From the NCBI GenBank assembly GCA_963710985.1, contig CAVQCI010000003.1:1026096-1090095 (forward strand): a stretch of DNA of 64,000 nt, in the 5' to 3' direction. Both the position numbers and the translations under genes were made by a program. The notes under the pieces are model-generated. The model saw only the letters and a program-made list of their open reading frames with translations, made no database searches and was not told the DNA's origin. Shown in pieces: positions 18,614-26,554 of this stretch; positions within the stretch are counted from its first letter, which is position 1; each line of letters starts with the position of its first letter. This stretch comes from an uncultured Actinomycetes bacterium (GTDB lineage: Bacteria > Actinomycetota > UBA4738 > HRBIN12).

Positions 18614-19686
18614 ACGGGCTCGTCTACTCTGCGTCCCTCATCGCGGCGTTCCTCGGTGGCGTCCTCGCGTTGTTCGCGCCGTGCTGCGTGGTCACGCTCT
18701 TGCCGAACTTCGTTGCGACCGCGGTGCGCCGCGGCGTGCGTGCGTTGCCAGCCACGACGCTGCTCTTCTCCACGGGCTTGGCCCTCGTCCTGCTCCCGAT
18801 CGTGCTGGGCGTCGGGGCTCTCGGCCACACGATCGGGCGTTACCACGCCGCGGTCTTCACGACGATCGGCATCTTCCTGATCGCCCTCGGCACCTACATC
18901 CTGACCGGGAAGCGGTGGTCGTTGCCGCTGCCAATGATGTCGAAGCCGAGCGGCAACGGGGCCACCTCGACGTTCTTCCTCGGGACCGCTTCGGGAGTGG
19001 CCAGCTCCTGCTGTGCGCCGGTCGTCGCCGGGGTGGTCGCGATGTCTGCGCTGAGCGGGTCATGGATCGGGGCGCTCGGGCTCGGGCTCGCGTACATCTT
19101 CGGCATGGTCTTCCCGCTGCTGCTGTTCGCGATCGCGGCGGTTCGGCATGGGCAACGGTCGAACCGGCCGCTTCGGAAGGTCACGATGTTCGGGCGGGAG
19201 CTCCTCTGGACCGACGCTGTGTCGGGCTCGATGTTCGTTCTGTTCGGCGCGATCACGTTCTTCCTCGGCATCAGCGGTGAGGGAAGCGTGACGCCCGGCC
19301 CACTCGCGGTCTGGGATCGCGTCGTGACCCGCCGGTTCGCCGACCTCGCTGCCGCGCTCGGTAAGACGCCCCTCGTGCTGCAGGCCGGGTTCCTGGTGCT
19401 GCTCGCCGTCCTCGTCGCGGTCCCTCTCTGGCGCACGATGCGCGCCGACGATGGAGGTGGAACCGCGGGAGGCCGGGGTGCTCGTGGCACACGTGTGCGC
19501 ACTACGACGAACCGGGAACGCGATCCGGTGTGCGGGATGGTCGTGCTCGTCCGGCCCGACAGCTTGTCGGCAGACTGGGACGCGAAGACCTACCACTTCT
19601 GTGCGGCGGCGTGCCGCGAACGGTTCGTCGAGAGGCCCGAGGAGTTCGTGAGGCCAGCGACCGCGTCCAGTGCCTCGTCTCGTTGA
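18610..19686 (+). CDS. CcdA/DsbD-like transmembrane thiol-transfer protein fused to a C-terminal YHS domain
   Basis: Six hydrophobic helices carry FAPCCVV and SSCCAPV. The C-terminus DPVCGMVV...YHFCAAACRERF is a YHS/TRASH motif. ATGA overlap with the upstream gene. Confidence 0.8.
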   Translation: MNGLVYSASLIAAFLGGVLALFAPCCVVTLLPNFVATAVRRGVRALPATTLLFSTGLALVLLPIVLGVGALGHTIGRYHAAVFTTIGIFLIALGTYILTGKRWSLPLPMMSKPSGNGATSTFFLGTASGVASSCCAPVVAGVVAMSALSGSWIGALGLGLAYIFGMVFPLLLFAIAAVRHGQRSNRPLRKVTMFGRELLWTDAVSGSMFVLFGAITFFLGISGEGSVTPGPLAVWDRVVTRRFADLAAALGKTPLVLQAGFLVLLAVLVAVPLWRTMRADDGGGTAGGRGARGTRVRTTTNRERDPVCGMVVLVRPDSLSADWDAKTYHFCAAACRERFVERPEEFVRPATASSASSR

Positions 19687-19779
19687 GGGGCACTTTCCGC
19701 AGCTTCATCGCGACATGTCACGAGCTTCACGTGGCCTTCACACGCTGCGAGTAGCCTGGGGGTCGAAAGGAGATCACAC

Positions 19780-20031
19780 ATGATGTGGGGCAACGACTGG
19801 GGTTGGGGCGGATGGGCCCTCGGGTTCCTGATGATGCTCGTGTTCTGGGGAGGTCTCGCGGCGCTCATCGTGCTGCTGGTTCGAGGAACAGACCGCACGA
19901 GCGACCGACAGGAGCCGCGAGGCGATCCGCACGACGCGGACGCGATCCTGCGGGAGCGCCTGGCGCGCGGTGAGATCTCGGTCGAGGAGTATGAGGAGCG
20001 CAAGAAGGTGCTCCAGGACGCGGGCAGCTAG
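19780..20031 (+). CDS. SHOCT-domain small membrane protein
   Basis: AAAGGAG lies before the ATG. A Trp/Gly-rich N-terminus and TM helix are followed by LRERLARGEISVEEYEERKKVL (SHOCT). Confidence 0.8.
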   Translation: MMWGNDWGWGGWALGFLMMLVFWGGLAALIVLLVRGTDRTSDRQEPRGDPHDADAILRERLARGEISVEEYEERKKVLQDAGS

Positions 20032-20348
20032 CTGACCGGCGGCGACGCTACATCGACCAGTGCCGTGTCTCGCGTGCTGATGTCTCGCGGATCCGCTCCG
20101 GGGATATGTCTCAGTGCCCGAGCGTTGGACCAACGTGAGCGGTCGGACTTGTCCCGCGACGGTCGTCATGAGCCCCATCCCCCGCGCGGTGATGCATCGT
20201 GGCGAAGACAAGTGGCACGAATGACACGGCCTAGGGCGTTGGCGCTGGTCGTGGCCGCCGCACTCGCAACATCATCCTGCTCGTGATCGGGGCCGCCCTG
20301 CGGGGTGGTTCGATCGGGACTAGACGATGATCCCGTCCTCAGCGCGTC

Positions 20349-20852
20349 TCACGACCTGCTTCGCAAGTCCAAGATCGCTTTCCCGGTCATCAGCGCCCCC
20401 ACCACGAAGATCAACGTGGCTAGATAGATGAGCCCCAGGTGGCCGAGCGTGTCGAAGTGGTTCGCGTAGTGGGCAGGGAGAGCGATCGCAAGAGCCAGAA
20501 CAGGGGACACGACGGCACCGATCCATGCCCAGCCTTGACCCCGTCTCACGCCAAAGGCGACCAGGAACAGCACCGCCAGACCGGTTGCGGCGATGAACCC
20601 CGAGATGGCGATCTGCAGATGACTGATGTACTCGTAGAGCGAAGGGCTGAACTGCTGGATCTGGTCCTTCCCGACGTTCACCTCGTTCGGGCCGATGCCG
20701 AGCTCGAGGAAGGCGTCGGTGAAGTTGCGGATGAAGAAGAGCACCGCGTATCCGATGAACCCGACCGCTGCGAGGCCCATGAGCCAGGAGCCCCACCGAA
20801 GCCACGGCTCTTCCTGATCGACGGTTCGCGGAGCGACTCCTGCCGTTGCCAT
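20349..20852 (-). CDS. Hypothetical integral membrane protein
   Basis: 167 aa with four hydrophobic helices. No family recognised. Confidence 0.55.
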   Translation of the reverse strand: MATAGVAPRTVDQEEPWLRWGSWLMGLAAVGFIGYAVLFFIRNFTDAFLELGIGPNEVNVGKDQIQQFSPSLYEYISHLQIAISGFIAATGLAVLFLVAFGVRRGQGWAWIGAVVSPVLALAIALPAHYANHFDTLGHLGLIYLATLIFVVGALMTGKAILDLRSRS

Positions 20853-20994
20853 CTGGATACCCCCATCCCCTGGATGGCTCGCGACTCTAGGTCAGTCGCC
20901 GACGATCTGCCAGCCGGCCGGCCCGAGAGCCGCGGGAGGTCGGCACTGAGTTTCGTCGGGGCCGGGTGGCGCTAAGGAAGCGCTGGATCGGTCA

Positions 20995-21040
20995 ACCGTG
21001 TGTCGCGAGGATTGATCCGCAGCGGTGGTAACCGTGTGTC
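20995..21040 (+). repeat. Tandem pair of ACCGTGTGTC motifs (36-nt spacing)
   Basis: Exact 10-mers at 20995-21004 and 21031-21040. The second is followed by AGCAGCTTAGAAGTCGGGC, as at 29461-29497. Confidence 0.7.
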
Positions 21041-21345
21041 AACGGACGGAGCAGCTTAGAAGTCGGGCCATGCAGTGCGGCGACGACGTGGCGGTGGGGG
21101 CACACGTCATGACGGGCCGGGGCCCCTCTACCAATCGGGAAGGCGGTGCGTCGCCCGTCCGCCGGTCGTCGTGGGATCCGGGGACTCCGTCGGGTCCAGA
21201 TCGAGGCATGGGCCCCTCGCAACATGACTTGACTCGGCCGTCCCCGCGGGTGGAGAGAGCGACTCGAAGGACGAGATCCTGCAACTGCGCGAGGACATGG
21301 CTCGTATCGAGTCGAAGATCGACGCGCTCACGCCGCCTCAGACGA

Positions 21346-21554
21346 AGACGCACGAAGGCCCCCGGAAGAACCGGAGGCCAACTGTGCCACGCGCGACCGG
21401 TTCATGACGGGTGCGACCCGTACGGTGCGTGCGTGCTGTGGGTGACACGATCGACCTAGAAGAACCTTCGGCCCCGCAGCCTCGGACACACATGGCCCAC
21501 AAGTCCTGATGTTGGCTCGCCCGATACCCGATCTGCGGTACGGCTTTGGGAGTC
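21346..21554 (+). repeat. Structured repeat, long copy B
   Basis: Same start (AGACGCACGAAGG), GC hairpin GGCCCCCGG-AAGAA-CCGGAGGCC, identical core up to 21440, and a 3' extension matching 1800-1897. Confidence 0.8.
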
Positions 21555-21854
21555 ACGACGCGGGTGCGTTCCGCTTGTGGTGGGTGAAGCGCCGCGAGGG
21601 AACAGGCCATCCGTTGACTCCGCGTAACCGAGTACCCTCGGCCTATGACGCAGGTGGTAGCCGTTGAGGGCAGGGCTGGCTTCTGGCACTGGATGTACTC
21701 CTGCGGCGCGGGCAGCCGGCGCTGGTACTACACCCGCGACGAGGCCCTCGAAGCGGGCAGGTTGCACGCAGACACCCACGAAACCAACCCGTCGTTCACC
21801 ACTCGACTCGCCACAGGCACCGTGCTGGTCGGCTCCAACCCGTCGCCCCTCCCT

Positions 21855-21860
21855 TAGGCT
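21855..21860 (+). promoter_or_regulatory. TAGGCT, candidate -10 hexamer for a leaderless transcript
   Basis: Fits TANNNT and lies 6 nt upstream of the TTG start at 21867. The same hexamer sits 7 nt upstream of start codons at 47449 and 48018 on the minus strand. Confidence 0.35.
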
Positions 21861-21866
21861 CGGCCC

Positions 21867-22733
21867 TTGACCGACGACTTCCGCGCCGCGCTGGCGGCCC
21901 TTCCGCCGAAGTCCCGCGACCTGATGCGCCGCGTCCTGATCGGCGACCAGGCCGACCGCGACGCCGTGTCCTACCGCCTGCGCCGCTATCGGGACGAGGC
22001 CGGCGACGAGGTTTCGGACGTGATCGACCTCTGCAGAGCTGAACCTGGAAGCCCGCGGAGGCATCGACCCGGAAGGCGTCTGCTCCGCTTGGCTGTCGTC
22101 GCTGTCTCGGCGATGTACGCGATGGTGATCCGGCCGCGGATGCTCACCTGGGGGGCGACGACAGAGGAGAAGACCGGTACATATCCCGGCGACGAGCTCG
22201 TGCCAGATCCCGACGGCGGGGCAACGATGGCCACGACCCTGCCAGCGCCACCCGAGAAGGTCTGGTCCTGGCTAGTGCAGATGGGAGGCGAGCGGGCAGG
22301 CTGGTACAGCTGGGACTGGTTGGACAACGACCGGGAACCGAGCGCGGACCGCGTCGTTCGCGAATGGCAGAACCTAGAGGTGGGACAGCATCTGCAGCGG
22401 CCACCCAAGGGCCCGACGAACTGGTGGACCGTGGTGATCCTGGAGCCGAACCGCACCATGGTGCTGCAGGCGAGCTACGACTCGACCGGCCGATCCTTCG
22501 ATCGGCGGTCCGGTACGGTGCCTCGGGCATATACGGAGGGGATCTGGGGCTTCCACCTTAGCGCCGTTCCTGAGGGCGGCACCCGTTTGGTGGTCCGGAC
22601 GCGGAACCGTAGCCGCCCGAGACTGCTCCATTGGCCTTTCGGGGTGCTGGTTGGGGAGCCTGTGCATTTCATCATGCAGACTCGTCAATTCCACAACCTG
22701 CGCACTCGGGTGGATGCGAACGTGACGCGGTGA
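21867..22733 (+). CDS. SRPBCC-family protein, read as one ORF with an N-terminal module of the DDLRAAL mini-gene family
   Basis: Residues 1-56 (MTDDFRAALAALPPKSRDLMRRVLIGDQADRD...DVIDLC) match 45499-45735 and 37766-38053. The remainder (WGATTEEKTGTYPGDELVPD...VWSWLVQMGGERAGWYSWDWLDN) is SRPBCC-like and may have its own start near 22113. Confidence 0.55.
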   Translation: MTDDFRAALAALPPKSRDLMRRVLIGDQADRDAVSYRLRRYRDEAGDEVSDVIDLCRAEPGSPRRHRPGRRLLRLAVVAVSAMYAMVIRPRMLTWGATTEEKTGTYPGDELVPDPDGGATMATTLPAPPEKVWSWLVQMGGERAGWYSWDWLDNDREPSADRVVREWQNLEVGQHLQRPPKGPTNWWTVVILEPNRTMVLQASYDSTGRSFDRRSGTVPRAYTEGIWGFHLSAVPEGGTRLVVRTRNRSRPRLLHWPFGVLVGEPVHFIMQTRQFHNLRTRVDANVTR

Positions 22734-23051
22734 GGACGTCTTATGGAAGGGTCGTGCGGCGGCAGGCAAGTGGATGCGACGTCATCCGCTTTGTGGATCG
22801 CCTGGCGGCTCGCATCCTTGAACGGGATCGTGCGTAACACTTCGCGTAACAACGCACGGGCACGCCGAGGGACTGACAGGTACTGAGAGGTACAGCGAAA
22901 CGGCTGCTCAGGCCCCTGACCAGCACGTTTGCCTCTCCCTTACAGGGCGAAGGTCGGGTTCGAGCCCTCAGCGCCCGCTCCTGAAGATCCTTCAGTATGC
23001 GTCCGTAAGATTCTGCCTAGCGAGGAACCGCCCAAGTCATAGGGCGGAGGA

Positions 23052-23266
23052 TCACGAATCCAGGTTCCGATGTGGGCGTTTCTCCATGTTCCTGGGGCGG
23101 CGTTGACGGACGCCGTTTCTTCGGAGTCGGGCGTCGCACCGTGCGCATGAGCGCGGAGCACGGATGCCCTCGCTCTCTTCGACGAGCTTCCCGTCCGGCC
23201 CGGCCAACACACGATCCGAGTGGCCGGTTCGCCGCACACGAAGCACACGTCCCCTGTCTCATTCAC
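23052..23266 (-). pseudogene. Possible small zinc-ribbon protein with a frameshift
   Basis: A GTG-start frame gives NETGDVCFVCGEPATRIVCW. A second frame continues AGPDGKLVEESEGIRAPRSCARCDARL, supplying two CxxC pairs only if one nt is restored near 23200. Confidence 0.25.
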
Positions 23267-23358
23267 CCGGGAACCCCAACGCGTAGGTTCACCTGATCGA
23301 TCGCAAGGCTAGATGAGGAGTGGGGTTTGAACCCTAGACGCCGATCAGGGTGGAAGTC

Positions 23359-23472
23359 GTGGGCACCGAGCCTGCCTCAACGGCACCGCTCAGCCGCGGA
23401 CGAGGCCTCCGCGCCCCGCTGGCGGACCTGCCGCCGCGCTCCCGCGACGTGCTGCGCCGCGTCGAGTCATAG
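23359..23472 (+). pseudogene. N-terminal fragment of the DDLRAAL mini-gene family
   Basis: Encodes ...LRAPLADLPPRSRDVLRRVES then a stop. It breaks right after RRV and runs into the AGACGCACGAAGG hairpin element, as at 48179-48232(-). Confidence 0.6.
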
Positions 23473-23520
23473 ACGCACGAAGGCCCCAGACTGCGCCGGG
23501 GGCCGACGTGCCAACGAGTC
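23471..23520 (+). repeat. Partial (5' part only) copy of the structured repeat
   Basis: AGACGCACGAAGGCCCCAGACTGCGCCGGGGGCCGACGTGCCAACGAGTC. A near-identical copy lies at 48129-48179 on the minus strand. Confidence 0.75.
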
Positions 23521-23632
23521 AGTGGAGAGGGGGGACCCCACCACCACCGTTCCCCGGTGGCGAGCTCCTCCGGACGTGAAGGTGAGCGGTGGATGGGGCA
23601 GTATGTTCGCCTCGGACACGGGGAGGCATCTG

Positions 23633-24262
23633 ATGGCTCCGATCACACCCGAGCGGTTCCACGAGGTCCACTGGCGCGTCATGTCCTACGCCGCCGGGAC
23701 CCATTTCCGAACCCGCTCGTTCGCGGAAGGGGTTGCGCTGGTCGAGGCGATCGGGCGGGCCAGCGAGAACTCGAGCCGGCGGCCGGATGTCGACCTTCGG
23801 GCCGACGGCGTCACCGTCCGGCTGACGGTGAACGAGCAAGGTCAGCTCGGCGAGGACGACTTCGCGCTGGCTCGCGAAATCTCCGAGGTCGCTCGCGAGC
23901 GCGGCGTGGAGGTCGACCTGTCGGGGTTGCAGATGATCCAGATCGCGGTCGATGCGATGGTGATCGCCGATGTGATGCCGTTCTGGGCGGCCGTCCTCGG
24001 GTACCGGGAGTTCGGCGACATCGTGACGGATCCGCACTTCACCGCCCCCGTCTGGTTCCAGCAGATGGACGCTCCGCGTCCACAGCGGAACCGCATCCAC
24101 ATCGATCTGTATGTCCCTGAGGATCAGGCGGAGGCTCGGGTCGCCGCGGCCGTCGCAGCCGGCGGACGCATCGTGAACGACTCGAGGGCGCCGCTGTGGT
24201 GGACGCTCGCCGACCCCGAAGGGAACGAGGTCGACGTTGCCCCTTGGCCCGATCGTGGCTAG
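23633..24262 (+). CDS. Two-domain protein: pterin-4a-carbinolamine dehydratase-like N-domain plus glyoxalase-like (VOC) C-domain
   Basis: GGGGAGG lies 8 nt before the ATG at 23633. The C-terminal half (PFWAAVLGY, RIHIDLYVP, LADPEGNEVDV) is glyoxalase-like. The N-half assignment is weaker. Confidence 0.6.
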   Translation: MAPITPERFHEVHWRVMSYAAGTHFRTRSFAEGVALVEAIGRASENSSRRPDVDLRADGVTVRLTVNEQGQLGEDDFALAREISEVARERGVEVDLSGLQMIQIAVDAMVIADVMPFWAAVLGYREFGDIVTDPHFTAPVWFQQMDAPRPQRNRIHIDLYVPEDQAEARVAAAVAAGGRIVNDSRAPLWWTLADPEGNEVDVAPWPDRG

Positions 24263-24314
24263 CGGATCGGTGGTCGAAGAGACCTGAAGCCGCGTGCGAG
24301 CCCCTCAGAACGGC

Positions 24315-24467
24315 ATGACGGTCGCGCACAGGTGGCGTGGCGTCTCGGCGTCTCGCCGGTCGTCTACCGCGAGCTCGAGGTCGGCACGCGCCTCGCCCTC
24401 GTTCGACACCTTTGACCGGATCTGCAAGCTGCACGGGTGGCCCCAAACGTTCGTCAGAAGCCTCTAG
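24315..24467 (+). pseudogene. XRE-like HTH mini-gene, frameshifted
   Basis: One frame gives AQVAWRLGVSPVVYRELEVGTR. Another gives SPSFDTFDRICKLHGWPQTFVRSL then a stop. The two halves are out of frame. Confidence 0.6.
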
Positions 24468-24489
24468 CGGACGTCCGAAACTCGGGTGT

Positions 24490-24907
24490 ACCATCCGCGG
24501 CCGCGAGCAACGCCTGCAGCAGGCCCTCTGGCTCTCCGATCTCCCTCCCGACGACTTGGTCCGGGCGCTCATCCCCACCATGTTCTCGGCGTCCGTGCCG
24601 GCGGAGGTGGTCGATGGCTTCGCCGCGAGCTTGGCGGCATTCCATCCGGCTGGGCTCCTGGCGATGTCGCGGTCGTTCGCCGAAGCGGACCTACGGGATG
24701 TCCTTCCGCGGATCGACGTGCCGACACTACTGCTCTACGGCGACCAAGACGTCCGCGCTCCGCTGGACGTTGCCGAGGCCCTGCACGCTGCGATCACGAC
24801 GTCGACGCTCGTCGTCTTGCCGGGGGTTGGTCATGGGAGTCAACCTCGAGGCGCCAGACCGCTTCAACACCGAAGTTCGCAGCTTCCTCCGATCGCTGGC
24901 GAAGTGA
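24490..24907 (+). pseudogene. C-terminal fragment of an alpha/beta hydrolase, frameshifted near 24835
   Basis: DVPTLLLYGDQDVRAPL...VVLPGVGH is in one frame and VNLEAPDRFNTEVRSFLRSLAK in another. No N-terminal nucleophile region is present. Confidence 0.6.
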
Positions 24908-25023
24908 GCCGTGTGTACCCGGTGGCCGCCGCACGATCGTCGGGCTCTGGCCGAGGTCGACGCAGAGTCCTGATCTGCGCATTGACCCGGCTGAGCCGCC
25001 CGCCTAGCGTCGAGGTACTTCTC

Positions 25024-25485
25024 ATGAGCGGGAAGGAGGACGGATGGCTACCGACCCAGCCGCTGATCTGGAATCAAGTCATCGAGCACTACCACCTGGC
25101 GCTCGACGCCTTCATGAAGGGGGATCACGGGCCCGCCAAGGTGCTGTTCTCGCAGCGGGACGATGTGACCCTGGGGAACCCCTTCGGCCCCTTCGCACGG
25201 GGGTTCTCGGAGGTCGCAGACACGATGGCGCGTGCCGCGTCGCACTACCGAGATGGTGAGGCGACTGGCTTCGACGCCGTATCCAGATACGTCACGCCTG
25301 ACCTCGCCTGCATCGTGGAGGTGGAGCGGCTGAGCTCCAAGGTCGGCGAACGGGAAGACGTCGCGCCGTTGAACCTCCGCGTCACCACCGTGTTCCGCCC
25401 GGAGGACGGCCGCTGGAAGATCGTCCACCGGCACGCTGATCCGATAACCACCGCCCAACCAGCCGACTCGGTGCTCGAAGGGTAG
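25024..25485 (+). CDS. SnoaL-like / NTF2-fold (DUF4440-like) protein
   Basis: 153 aa. YHLALDAFMKGD, VTTVFRPEDGRWKIVHRHADP and the length fit the ketosteroid-isomerase-like fold. A decayed paralogue lies at 37256-37695(-). Confidence 0.7.
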   Translation: MSGKEDGWLPTQPLIWNQVIEHYHLALDAFMKGDHGPAKVLFSQRDDVTLGNPFGPFARGFSEVADTMARAASHYRDGEATGFDAVSRYVTPDLACIVEVERLSSKVGEREDVAPLNLRVTTVFRPEDGRWKIVHRHADPITTAQPADSVLEG

Positions 25486-25569
25486 GTCGAGCTCTGCACG
25501 CTGTACGCGGAGGCGCGACGCACGATCGTCCAGACGCTGGTCGAGATCGACGCTGCCGCAGCCGACTGA
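25486..25569 (+). pseudogene. C-terminal fragment of the DDLRAAL mini-gene family
   Basis: VELCTLYAEARRTIVQTLVEIDAAAAD then a stop, starting immediately after the SnoaL TAG. It matches IDLCTLYPEARRTMVRLLAEVDAAG in 45499-45735. Confidence 0.6.
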
Positions 25570-25593
25570 ACGTCCTTAGCGAAGGAGACGACC

Positions 25594-25887
25594 GTGCGAG
25601 TCCTCGCTTGGCATCAAACACCGACCCTCACGAGGGAGAGGTACGAAGAGGTCGTGCGCCGACTCACCGGCGGCAAGACGCGTATCGAGTCGCCCGCCGA
25701 CCTGCCGTTCGACGGCCTACTGGTGCACGCCGCCGGCGAGGGGCCCGACGGGTTCTGCGTGTTCGACGTTTTCGAGTCCGAATCTGCGGTCGAGAGCTTC
25801 CGCGCCGCGCTCGGGTCCATCCCTCAGGACGTTGGGATCATGGAGCCGCCGCGGTTCTTCCCAGCTCATACCGTCTTCGTCCAGTAG
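25594..25887 (+). CDS. Small hypothetical protein (possibly ABM/Dabb-like fold)
   Basis: GAAGGAGA lies 5 nt before the GTG. 97 aa, acidic, with ordinary codon usage. Confidence 0.55.
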   Translation: MRVLAWHQTPTLTRERYEEVVRRLTGGKTRIESPADLPFDGLLVHAAGEGPDGFCVFDVFESESAVESFRAALGSIPQDVGIMEPPRFFPAHTVFVQ

Positions 25888-26470
25888 GCGCGCGGACGGT
25901 CTCGTCACCGGGGCCTCCCGCCTCGAATCTTCGACCGTCGTGGGGTGAGGGCCATGCGGGGGCCGCGGTTTCCGAGCCGCGTCGGCATTGGGACGCCGGC
26001 AGGCGCACGTCGCGTGTCGGCGCGCTCGTCGAGCGCGTCACCACCGACCCGTACCACCAGTTCGGCACGGTGATTAGCTCCTTGCCGCGCCCGCCGCGAC
26101 GAGCGCCTGCGCGTTCGCCATCGTCGCCTCATAGCCCTCACCGGCGAGTGCCATCTGCGCAGGAATGGTCTGCGCGCCCGCGCCGCCGCGAAACGCGGAG
26201 AGCAGTACCAGCGCGGGCGTTTCTGGATGCTCTGCCCTTGCGCGACGCCGGGCATGCCGCCCTGATCGGCGACCCTGACGCCAGCTGGGCGTCGAAGCGC
26301 TCTACTTGCGGGTTCGGCACGTCTTGCACGTCGCCACGGTCAGCGTCTCCTCAGGTGTCTCGTGCCCTCGCGGTGGTGTGCGTGTGTGGTCGGATGTTTC
26401 ACCCAACGTTGACGAGCACCGGCACGTCTCTTAAGTCGGTCTGGCGTGTAATCGGAACCGCAGGAAGAAG

Positions 26471-26554
26471 GCACGCACCGTACGGGTCGCACCCGTCATG
26501 AACCGGTCGCGCGTCGGCACGGTGGGCTTGGGGTTCACCCGGGCCCTCCGTGCC
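26471..26554 (-). repeat. Structured repeat, short copy C (core only, reverse orientation)
   Basis: The reverse complement carries the identical 42-nt core. Its 5' hairpin has different bases but preserved pairing (GGGC...GCCC, versus GGCC...GGCC in copy B). Confidence 0.75.

Noticed and set aside
21297-21407. Small ORF MARIESKIDALTPPQTKTHEGPRKNRRPTVPRATGS (preceded by KDEILQLRED) reading into repeat copy B.
   Set aside because: The equivalent frame in copy A is closed by a TAG just before the repeat and the upstream sequence is unrelated, so the repeat is not conserved as coding sequence.
21346-21440. The ~95-nt repeat as SRP RNA, tmRNA or a group II intron domain V (GAAGCAGG-like and CCGTACGG-like strings).
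   Set aside because: It is present in 3-5 copies, lacks the conserved SRP domain IV motif and the tmRNA tag/tRNA-like ends, and the CCGTACGG region does not fold into a domain V helix with a GNRA loop and AGC triad.
22945-22990. tRNA-like T-arm sequence GGTCGGGTTCGAGCCCTCAGCGCCC.
   Set aside because: I could not form a 5-bp T stem, an acceptor stem or an anticodon arm by hand on either strand. At best it is a decayed tRNA 3' fragment.
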